DNA of 64,000 nucleotides from Holosporales bacterium (GTDB lineage Bacteria; Pseudomonadota; Alphaproteobacteria; Holosporales; CAZGKG01): NCBI GenBank assembly GCA_044361745.1, contig JBIKIF010000008.1, positions 133 to 64,132 of the forward strand, read 5' to 3'. Shown piece by piece: positions 40,041 to 47,624 of this stretch (position 1 is its first letter; each line of letters starts with the position of its first letter). The notes under the pieces were generated by a model. It saw only the letters and a program-made list of their open reading frames with translations, ran no database searches and was not told where the DNA came from. The position numbers and the translations under genes were made by a program.

Positions 40041-41528
40041 TTATCCCTTGGGTTTGAGGGTAGGAAAGGCGATGACTTCTCGGATAGAGGGGGAATTGGT
40101 CAGCAGCATTACCAGACGGTCAATCCCAATCCCAAGGCCACCCGTAGGGGGGAGGCCATAGGACAACGCTGTGACAAAATCATGGTCCATGGCGTGTGTT
40201 TCTTGGTCCCCTGCGTCTTTGGCGTCTCCCTGAGCGTGAAAACGGGCTTCCTGATCGACTGGATCATTTAGCTCAGAGAAGCCGTTAGCAATTTCCCAGC
40301 CGTTGATGTAGGTCTCAAACCGTTCTGTCAGTCGGGGATCTTTCGGACAGACCTTGGCGAGGGGAGAAATCTCCAGAGGCAAATAGGTCACATGGGTGGG
40401 CTGGACCAAGGTATGCTCCACCTTTTCCGCAAAGACGGCCTCCAGAGCCTTCCCCCAGCCGCCATGGGGTGGGAGTCCGACTCCAAGAGATTGGGCGGCT
40501 GTGCGGGCTTCAGCGTCTGTAGGGATCGCGAGAAAGTCCACACCGGTCGCTTCCCGTACGAGATCCGCCATGGATTTTTGAGGCCAGGGGCCTGCAAAGT
40601 TCAGTGTCCGCTCCCCAAAGGGCGCATTCGTCGTTGGCAATGCCACCTGGACAGCCGCCTGGATTACGGTCTCCGTAATTTGGATCATGTCCTTAAAATC
40701 AGCGTAGGCTTGGTACAGCTCAACAGTTGTAAATTCAGGGTTATGGCGGGTGGAGATGCCTTCGTTGCGAAAACACCGGTTCATCTCAAAGACTTTTTCC
40801 CAAAGGCCGCCAACAATTAATCGTTTGAGGTAGAGCTCAGGGGCGATTCGCAAAAATAAAGTGGTGTCGAGCGCATTGTGATGGGTCGAGAAGGGTTTGG
40901 CCAAAGCCCCTCCGGCGATCGGATGGAGCATTGGAGTTTCGACTTCCAGAAAATTCTGCGCCTCAAGGGTGTGCCGCACGGCCCGCACAATGAGGGAGCG
41001 TTTTCGGAGGATCTCACGGGAGGATTCATTGGCGATCAAGTCAACGTAACGCTGACGGTACCGCATTTCCGTATCGTTGAGTCCATGATACTTGTCCGGG
41101 AGAGGCAGCATTGCCTTTGAGAGGAAAGTCAGCGTTTGGGCATCCACGGTGATTTCCCCCCGTGGGGTCCGCCGAACGCTCCCCTCCACACCCACAAAAT
41201 CTCCCAAATCAAGGCGGGCAAGAATTTCTACAGACAGGGCGTCCAGGGTTGGTGGCTTGCAAAAGATCTGAATTTTTCCAGTGGTGTCATGAACATCAAG
41301 AAACAGGCCACTGTTCCGCATGGCCATGATCCGCCCAGCAACGCGTACACGATCCTCTGTGGCCGTTCCAGAAGGAAGATCCCTATAGGTCTCTGAGAGA
41401 TCTTGGCTCAGAGCCGTTCGCTCATAACGGGAGGGGTAGGAAGGGACTCCTAAAGCCTTCAGCTCTTCAAGCTTACGGAGCCGCCCCTCAAAAAGATCTT
41501 GTTGTTCCTGGGAAATCACAAGCACCAT
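40041..41528 (-). CDS. lysS: Lysine--tRNA ligase (class II)
   Basis: 495 aa with an OB-fold N-domain and class II motifs 'FRNEGISTRHNPEFT' and 'GLGIGIDRLVMLL'. Confidence 0.94.
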   Translation of the reverse strand: MVLVISQEQQDLFEGRLRKLEELKALGVPSYPSRYERTALSQDLSETYRDLPSGTATEDRVRVAGRIMAMRNSGLFLDVHDTTGKIQIFCKPPTLDALSVEILARLDLGDFVGVEGSVRRTPRGEITVDAQTLTFLSKAMLPLPDKYHGLNDTEMRYRQRYVDLIANESSREILRKRSLIVRAVRHTLEAQNFLEVETPMLHPIAGGALAKPFSTHHNALDTTLFLRIAPELYLKRLIVGGLWEKVFEMNRCFRNEGISTRHNPEFTTVELYQAYADFKDMIQITETVIQAAVQVALPTTNAPFGERTLNFAGPWPQKSMADLVREATGVDFLAIPTDAEARTAAQSLGVGLPPHGGWGKALEAVFAEKVEHTLVQPTHVTYLPLEISPLAKVCPKDPRLTERFETYINGWEIANGFSELNDPVDQEARFHAQGDAKDAGDQETHAMDHDFVTALSYGLPPTGGLGIGIDRLVMLLTNSPSIREVIAFPTLKPKG

Positions 41529-41536
41529 TCTCTTTT

Positions 41537-41758
41537 TTAAAGGTTGCCCAAATCACCATAATGCTTTTGAAAACGGTCCATCCGGCCGCCTTTTGTATTA
41601 GAGCGGGTCTGGCCTGTCCATGCGGGATGGCTTTTGTTGTCAATATCCAAATGGAGTGTATCCCCTTCTTTTCCCCAGGTTGTCTTCGTTTGGAAGGTCG
41701 ATCCGTCCGTCATCACAACGTTAATGGTATGGTATTTTGGGTGAATATTTTTTTTCAT
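41537..41758 (-). CDS. rpmE: 50S ribosomal protein L31
   Basis: 73 aa with '[10 protein letters not shown]' and 'HPAWTG'. Confidence 0.92.
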   Translation of the reverse strand: MKKNIHPKYHTINVVMTDGSTFQTKTTWGKEGDTLHLDIDNKSHPAWTGQTRSNTKGGRMDRFQKHYGDLGNL

Positions 41759-42041
41759 CGTTCCCTCTCAGTGCAAATGTCCCCCTCAAAAGGGGGGCCG
41801 ATCATATTCAAAAACAAATTATCTTATACGACACTCCTTCCCTGGATACAACGGGTGCCGAAAAAATCACCGGATGAGATGATTCAAAGTACTCAAAACA
41901 TTTATTTTTATCAAAACAACTGTATTTATGGGAATTTTTTTAAAAAAAAAGTCTTTTTCGGTGATTTACAGAATTTTAAGCGGGGCCTGCTTTAATCGAA
42001 AAAGACGAAAACAGTTTACTTAGAAAGAACGGGGTTTTTTG

Positions 42042-44030
42042 ATGGTCGAAAGCATCCAACACGTCCTCAGTCGTGTTCGTCCCCCACGTGTGCAAATTAC
42101 GTATGATGTGGAGATTGGCGGCGCAATAGAGAAAAAGGAGTTGCCCTTTGTGGTCGGCATTATTGCTGATCTTGCAGCAAAGAGCAATGTCGCGCAACCG
42201 GTTTTGAAGGACCGTAAGTTTATTCAGATTGACCGAGACAATATTGGTGCAATCATGACGGCTTTGGCTCCTCGATTGGCTTTTGGGGTTCGAAAAACTC
42301 TCGGAACCACGACCGCTCTTTCAGGGGAAGACTCTGAGGAAGCTTCGGGTTCTGGAGAAAAACTCCAGGTGGAGCTGTTCTTTGGCAGCATGGAGGATTT
42401 TAGTCCTTATAATGTGTTGATGCAGGTCGGCGACCTCAAAGCATTGTATGAGGCCCGCACCCGCTTGACTGACCTGGTTGGAAAGCTGGACGGGAACGAT
42501 GCTCTGGATCATCAGCTGATGGCGATCATCGAAGACAGCGCCTTAAAGGGGACTCTGACCGGTGAAGCCAAAGGGGATCCAACAGCTGCCGCTGCGGGGA
42601 CCGATCAGGTGGTGACCGACGGCAAAATGCTGAAAGGTGAAGGGGAGGAAGCCCTGCCCGCCGCCCGCGGTATGATTTTTGAGTTTGTGCGTCAGCTGGA
42701 ATTGGCGGGTGAAACCCCGATTGGCGACACCTATTTCTTTATCATGCAGCGGATCTCTTTTATTGATGGCGAACTTTCAAAGCAATTGGATGAGGTGCTC
42801 CATCACCCGGATTTCCAAGCCCTGGAAGGAAGCTGGCGAGGTCTGAATTATTTGGTCATGAAGACAGAAACCGGTGAGTTTCTTAAGCTGAGACTTCTTC
42901 AACTCTCCTACAAAGAGTTTGCGAACGATCTGGAGAAAGCCATCGAATTTGACCAAAGCTTGATGTTCAAAAAGATCTATGAAGAAGAATACGGCACCTT
43001 CGGGGGCCATCCATTCTCCTGCATGGTTCTGGATTACGCCTTCTCTCGCAATCCCAAAGATGTGGACGTTCTATCCAAATTTTCTGGGGTGGCGGCGGCT
43101 GCTCATATTCCTACTTTGGCTGCAGCAGGCCCGGGTTTGTTTGACATGGAAAGCTTTACGGAGATGAGTGGTCCTCGGGATCTCACCAAGTTGTTTGAAA
43201 CCACAGACGCCATCAAATGGAATAGTTTCCGCCTCAGTCCGGACTCCCGGTATGTCAGCTTGCTGCTGCCGCGGGTTCTCATGCGCTCTCCCTACGGGAA
43301 GGACAGCTGGCCTATTGATGAATTCGATTACGAAGAAACCGTGGACGGGGAACGCAACGATAAATTCTGCTGGGGAAGCCCCGCTTTTGTCATGGCCACC
43401 CGCATTACCCACGCCTTCTCCTTGTATCAGTGGACGGCGGCGATCCGAGGTGTTGAGGGCGGTGGTCTGGTGGAAGATCTACCAGTCTACAGCTTCAAGA
43501 GTGCCCGCGGTGATATGATCATGAGAACCCCAACGGAAACCGTGATTACAGATCGCCGGGAAAAGGAACTGAGTGACCTCGGGTTCTTGTCTCTGTGTTA
43601 TTGCAAGGGTACGGATTATGCCGCCTTTTTTGGAGGCCAGACCACCCAGAGGCCTAAAAAATACAACACGGATGAGGCCAACGCCAACGCCCTGATTTCT
43701 ACCCGCCTGCCCTATATGTTGAACGCTTCTCGTTTTGCTCATTATATCAAGGTGATCATGCGAGACAAGATCGGCAGTTTCATGAGTCGGGAAGACGTGG
43801 AGGCCTACCTTCAGACGTGGTTGGCGGATTATGTCTTCCTCTCTGACATGGGAACCCAAGAGATCAAAGCTAAGTATCCTCTTCGGGAAGGCAAGGTCTA
43901 CGTCCGGGATGTTCCTGGGAAGCCAGGATCTTACAAGGCGGTGATTTTCCTGAGACCCCACTTCCAATTGGAAGAACTATCGGTCTCTCTCCGCTTGGTG
44001 GCAGCCTTGCCTGCCCCTGCCGGTGGTTAA
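42042..44030 (+). CDS. tssBC: Fused type VI secretion contractile sheath protein (TssB/VipA-like N-terminal part joined to a TssC/VipB-like C-terminal part)
   Basis: One uninterrupted ORF (track 42039..44030, 663 aa). Residues ~10-170 carry TssB motifs: 'RVQITYDVEIGGAIEKKELPFVVGIIADL', 'KFIQIDRDNIGAIMTALAPRLAF' and 'LQVELFFGSMEDFSPYNV..LYEARTRLTDLVGKLDGND'. Residues ~210-663 carry TssC motifs: 'LHHPDFQALEGSWRGLNYLV', 'GGLVEDLPVY', 'PTETVITDRREKELSDLGF', 'RFAHYIKVIMRDKIGSF' and 'FLRPHFQLEELSVSLRLVA'. Confidence 0.85.
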   Translation: MVESIQHVLSRVRPPRVQITYDVEIGGAIEKKELPFVVGIIADLAAKSNVAQPVLKDRKFIQIDRDNIGAIMTALAPRLAFGVRKTLGTTTALSGEDSEEASGSGEKLQVELFFGSMEDFSPYNVLMQVGDLKALYEARTRLTDLVGKLDGNDALDHQLMAIIEDSALKGTLTGEAKGDPTAAAAGTDQVVTDGKMLKGEGEEALPAARGMIFEFVRQLELAGETPIGDTYFFIMQRISFIDGELSKQLDEVLHHPDFQALEGSWRGLNYLVMKTETGEFLKLRLLQLSYKEFANDLEKAIEFDQSLMFKKIYEEEYGTFGGHPFSCMVLDYAFSRNPKDVDVLSKFSGVAAAAHIPTLAAAGPGLFDMESFTEMSGPRDLTKLFETTDAIKWNSFRLSPDSRYVSLLLPRVLMRSPYGKDSWPIDEFDYEETVDGERNDKFCWGSPAFVMATRITHAFSLYQWTAAIRGVEGGGLVEDLPVYSFKSARGDMIMRTPTETVITDRREKELSDLGFLSLCYCKGTDYAAFFGGQTTQRPKKYNTDEANANALISTRLPYMLNASRFAHYIKVIMRDKIGSFMSREDVEAYLQTWLADYVFLSDMGTQEIKAKYPLREGKVYVRDVPGKPGSYKAVIFLRPHFQLEELSVSLRLVAALPAPAGG

Positions 44031-44063
44031 GAGAATAGATGAGAGAGATGAAAGGAAAGAATA

Positions 44064-44660
44064 ATGGGTAGCAGCATGGCTTCTGTTCAGCAACAAAGCA
44101 GAGATTTTCTGGCTGAGGTTCTTGAACAAGCACGTAAAGTTAAAGAGAAGTGCGGCGGCAATGTCGGAAATCTCATGCAGGTGTGGAAAGTGGATGGAGA
44201 TCTAGCTTCCAACATCGAGGGGTTTAAAGATTGTGCGCGATGGTACGCCTATTCAGCAGAAATCACCTCAGGGGGTGCGGATGGAAACCGAACTTCCGGT
44301 GCAACGGGTGGTGGCAATTTTTCTGCAGAACCTGTTTGCATCGCATTCCCATCAAATATTCAAGGATTGGGAGCCCTGTTAACAGATTTTGGGACAAACA
44401 AAACACTTGAGAAAATTGAAATAGCAAATCTGGTAGAGTTTTCTGGAAAGATTGTTGCAAGCAGCGTGATTGCATTTGAAAAATGTCAAATCTGCAGCAG
44501 TACACAAACCTTCCAAGGGGACGAAATATCCATTATTTCTTTCAAGTTCCAAAAAGTTGAAAACAAAATGTTCCGTTTTGATGACTCAGGAACAAAAACG
44601 GGTGTGGATGGAGGGTATTTCATTGACTTCGCAACAGGCACATCCGGCCAGTTGAAATAA
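44064..44660 (+). CDS. Divergent Hcp-like (TssD) tube protein candidate
   Basis: It starts 33 nt after tssBC and has an AAAGGAAAG Shine-Dalgarno-like sequence. From Met38 (ATG 44175) the pattern resembles Hcp: 'MQVWKVDGDL..EG', a Gly-rich loop 'TSGGADGNRTSGATGGGNF', 'KTLEKIEIANLV', 'ISIISFKFQKVENKMFRFDDSGTKTG' and 'GYFIDFATG'. This assignment is by eye only. Confidence 0.5.
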   Translation: MGSSMASVQQQSRDFLAEVLEQARKVKEKCGGNVGNLMQVWKVDGDLASNIEGFKDCARWYAYSAEITSGGADGNRTSGATGGGNFSAEPVCIAFPSNIQGLGALLTDFGTNKTLEKIEIANLVEFSGKIVASSVIAFEKCQICSSTQTFQGDEISIISFKFQKVENKMFRFDDSGTKTGVDGGYFIDFATGTSGQLK

Positions 44661-44802
44661 CACCCTTCCTTATCCATCCCTTTTTTCTCCCTCATGCCCC
44701 TGGGCCATCCATTGTGATGGTTTCCGGGGGTTTTTCCCGGGGCAAACTCAAGACAAGCGGTATGAGTTCCTGCGTCTTCACAAAGGAGCGCCTCCCTCAA
44801 AC

Positions 44803-44840
44803 AAAAAAAACCCCGTCTTTTTTAAAAGGCGGGGTTTTAC
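44803..44840. terminator. Bidirectional intrinsic terminator between the Hcp-like gene (+) and the small peptide gene (-)
   Basis: AAAACCCCGTC (44807-44817) pairs with GGCGGGGTTTT (44828-44838). That gives an 11-bp stem including one G-U pair, with A/T runs on both sides. Confidence 0.75.
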
Positions 44841-44862
44841 GTGTTGTGCAAGAAAAAAAGCC

Positions 44863-45015
44863 TTAGGCTTTTTTCTCTTCTTTTTTATCTTCGTCTTCTT
44901 CATCTTCTTCTTCTTCGGCGGCGGTAGCTGCCTCAGGGACCTTCTCATCAGCCAATACGGAAGCGAAAGGAGCAACAGAAGCGAATGCCAGAACAGCAGC
45001 AAAAATTTTTGTCAT
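44863..45015 (-). CDS. Small secreted acidic peptide (50 aa; below the ORF-track cutoff)
   Basis: Hand translation: MTKIFAAVLAFASVAPFASVLADEKVPEAATAAEEEEDEEDEDKKEEKKA*. GGAGA lies 8 nt upstream of the ATG. The signal peptide ends in an 'VLA|DE' cleavage-like site. The stop is followed by the 44807-44838 terminator. Confidence 0.6.
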   Translation of the reverse strand: MTKIFAAVLAFASVAPFASVLADEKVPEAATAAEEEEDEEDEDKKEEKKA

Positions 45016-45268
45016 GAACGTAGTCTCCAATTTGAATGTCGAAAAGCACAGCGCTTTTCAAAGGCACCCTCCATATCTCTGAAATTCTGGGTTTTTTCAA
45101 GCAAAATGTTTCGCTTCTTGAAAAAAATATCAAAAAACTCTGGATTGTTGTTTTTTTGCAACATCTATTTTGAAAAATATATCATATATGTGGATTATGA
45201 TTCATTTTTCCTCTATGATTCATCTCTTTTGAGAATTAAGTTTAGAACCTTCAAGAATAAGGCAAGCA

Positions 45269-46219
45269 ATGACTGGTCTAAAGCTCTCTCGTCCAAGGAG
45301 AAAAATATCTAAGTGGTTGTCCTGCCTGGCTCTCTGCCTGTGCATGGTTGCCCCTTTGCAGGCTGCAACTTATGCTGCTCTTGTGATGGACGCTCAAACA
45401 GGTCGCGTGATCCATGGGGTTCGTCCGGACACCCTTGTCTACCCAGCTTCTTTAACCAAAATGATGACTCTTTATCTTGTGTTTCAAGCCCTTGAAAAAG
45501 GCAAACTTAAATTGTCAGACAAGATCCACGTGACATCCCATGCGGCCCGACAACCCCCTTGTAAGCTGGGCTTGAGGCCAGGGGATTCCCTGACGGTGCA
45601 GCAGGCGATTTTGGGCCTTGTCACCAAATCAGCGAATGATGCCTCCGAAGCCATTGCCGTTAAACTAGGGGGGACCCCGGCGCGTTTCGCACAAATGATG
45701 TCACAAAAAGCCCGAGAGCTTGGGTTGCATCATACGACCTTCCGCAATGCCTCAGGACTCTTTCATCGGGAGCAGCAGACGACAGCCCGGGATATGGCCC
45801 GTTTGGGACTCATTTTGATGCGCCACTTCCCCAGAGAATACAAATATTTTAAAACACGTCATTTCGTTTTTCGCGGACAGAGTCACAAAAACCACAATCA
45901 GCTTTTGGGGCAATTTGGGTGCGACGGTCTGAAGACAGGCTATCTTTGTGCGTCCGGTTGGAACCAGGTTGCGTCTGCACAAATGGGATCGCGACGGTAC
46001 ATCGTTTGCGTCATTGGGGGACAAACCCGCATTGGAAGGGATCGGAAAATTCAAGCTTTGCTGAAAGCCGCTTTTCACGCGCCCAAGACGCTTCCCAAGG
46101 TTCTGGGGTGTGCCCCCCCCAAAGCCTCAAAGGCTCCCCGCCCCGTTGTTCACAAGGCTCAATCTTTGATTGATCAGCTGCTTGCTCAGGTAGACCGTAC
46201 ATCTTCTGAGAATATTTAA
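45269..46219 (+). CDS. D-alanyl-D-alanine carboxypeptidase (serine-type, PBP5/6 family)
   Basis: Signal peptide 'LSCLALCLCMVAPLQA'. SxxK motif 'ASLTK', SxN motif 'SAND' and KTG motif 'LKTGY'. Confidence 0.88.
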   Translation: MTGLKLSRPRRKISKWLSCLALCLCMVAPLQAATYAALVMDAQTGRVIHGVRPDTLVYPASLTKMMTLYLVFQALEKGKLKLSDKIHVTSHAARQPPCKLGLRPGDSLTVQQAILGLVTKSANDASEAIAVKLGGTPARFAQMMSQKARELGLHHTTFRNASGLFHREQQTTARDMARLGLILMRHFPREYKYFKTRHFVFRGQSHKNHNQLLGQFGCDGLKTGYLCASGWNQVASAQMGSRRYIVCVIGGQTRIGRDRKIQALLKAAFHAPKTLPKVLGCAPPKASKAPRPVVHKAQSLIDQLLAQVDRTSSENI

Positions 46220-46426
46220 AGCGTACGCCTGATTATTTGGAAATAAGATCGAACAAAGGGCCTAGAGAGAGCCCTCGGGATCGTGCTATTCCTCGTGTAG
46301 GGGCTTTGTCGGGCCTTTCGTTTTGATAGTTGATGAAGGCTTTCGAAGCATTGGAAGAGTGGTCAAGAGCCAGCCGATGATTTGAAGTCGCTTTGGAAAT
46401 CTGGAAAAGCTTTGAAGGAGGTCATT

Positions 46427-47524
46427 GTGGGGTTTCGGTGTGGAATTGTTGGGTTGCCCAATGTGGGGAAGTCAACTTTGTTTAATGCATTAACGGAAAC
46501 AGTTGCAGCCCAAGCCGCAAACTATCCTTTCTGCACGATTGAGCCTAACGTGGGTCGTGTCGCTGTCCCGGATCCTCGGCTGTCCCAGTTGGCGCTTATG
46601 GCAGGATCTGAAAAAATCATTCCAACGGTTTTAGAGGTGGTCGATATCGCTGGCTTGGTTAGAGGTGCCAGTCAAGGAGAAGGCCTGGGGAATCAGTTTC
46701 TAGGCCATATTCGAGAGGTTGATGCGATTATCCATGTCCTGCGGGCTTTTGAGGACACCGATATTACCCATGTGGAAGGGACTATTGCTCCCCTACGGGA
46801 CAGAGATATTGTGGAAACGGAGCTCATGTTATCAGACCTGGATAGCCTAGAGCGCCGCATTCCTGCTTTTGAAAAAAAGATGCGTCACGGGAAAACGGCA
46901 GATTCTATTCAGCTTCTGGAAATGATGGCAAAGGCGTTGAAATGCCTCCAAGAGGGGCAGCCTGTACGAGAGATGACAGTGACTTCCGAAGAACGTCTTG
47001 TGCTGCAGACCCTTAATCTTCTGACAATGAAGCCAGTTCTTTATGTCTTGAATGTGGAAGAGGCTGGCATTTTTTCTGGTAATTCTTTGACGGCTGCGTT
47101 GATCCCTGCCCTTGGAGGGGCGCCTTTCGTCATCGTGTCTGCGGCCATTGAAGCGGAAGTGGCTTTGCTGGGGAATGGAGAAGACCAAAAGGCATTCTTG
47201 GAGGATTTGGGTCTTTCAGAGACGGGTCTGTCTCGCATTGTCCATGAAGGCTATCGATTGCTGGGTCTTCTGACCTATTTTACCGTCGGTCCTAAGGAGG
47301 CAAGAGCCTGGACTTTCACCCAAGGGATGACCGCACCTCAAGCGGCTGGGATCATTCATACCGATTTTGAACGTGGATTTATCTGTGCAGAGACGATTGC
47401 CTTTGCAGAGTACATTGCTTGTAACGGTGAAGCCGGTGCCAAAGCGCAAGGGAAGGTGCGTCTTGAGGGGAAGACCTACAAGGTTCAAGACGGAGATGTC
47501 GTGCATTTTCGTTTTAACGTCTGA
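46427..47524 (+). CDS. ychF: Redox-regulated ATPase YchF
   Basis: Track ORF 46382..47524. GTG 46427 follows GAAGGAGG and gives '(M)[22 protein letters not shown]'. '[13 protein letters not shown]' and a C-terminal TGS-like '[13 protein letters not shown]'. Confidence 0.93.
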   Translation: MGFRCGIVGLPNVGKSTLFNALTETVAAQAANYPFCTIEPNVGRVAVPDPRLSQLALMAGSEKIIPTVLEVVDIAGLVRGASQGEGLGNQFLGHIREVDAIIHVLRAFEDTDITHVEGTIAPLRDRDIVETELMLSDLDSLERRIPAFEKKMRHGKTADSIQLLEMMAKALKCLQEGQPVREMTVTSEERLVLQTLNLLTMKPVLYVLNVEEAGIFSGNSLTAALIPALGGAPFVIVSAAIEAEVALLGNGEDQKAFLEDLGLSETGLSRIVHEGYRLLGLLTYFTVGPKEARAWTFTQGMTAPQAAGIIHTDFERGFICAETIAFAEYIACNGEAGAKAQGKVRLEGKTYKVQDGDVVHFRFNV

Positions 47525-47624
47525 GCGCTGGATTTTTGATAGGGGATGTCTGTCTTTTCTTGCATTCTGCGTGTATTTGCGTAACTCTTTCAAGAATTCA
47601 ACTCCTTGGAAAGGAAGAGGGATT

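Noticed and set aside
41843..41858. Sigma54-like promoter element TGGATACAACGGGTGC upstream of tssBC.
   Set aside because: The GG-to-GC spacing is 13 nt instead of 12, and the -24/-12 flanking bases fit the TGGCAC-N5-TTGC consensus poorly.
43479..43967. 162-aa minus-strand ORF inside the TssC part, plus similar long antisense ORFs: 19285-19887 in tig, 39459-40001 in lipA, 58873-59574 in dapE, 24878-25387 in lpxC and 34200-34745 over tsaB/ubiB.
   Set aside because: All lie entirely within confidently identified genes on the opposite strand and have no recognisable domains. They are shadow ORFs.
44778..45002. Track ORF of 74 aa (minus strand) with a poly-Lys stretch.
   Set aside because: It is an alternative frame of the GAA/GAT-rich acidic-tail region. 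It has no Shine-Dalgarno sequence and reads through the 44807-44838 terminator hairpin. The frame starting at 45015 has both a Shine-Dalgarno sequence and a signal peptide.
45189..45223. A single DnaA-box-like TGTGGATTA (45189-45197) and a 10-bp direct repeat TATGATTCAT (45196-45205 and 45214-45223) upstream of the DD-carboxypeptidase gene.
   Set aside because: An isolated one-mismatch DnaA box and one short AT-rich direct repeat are both within chance expectation for 64 kb. There is no supporting context.
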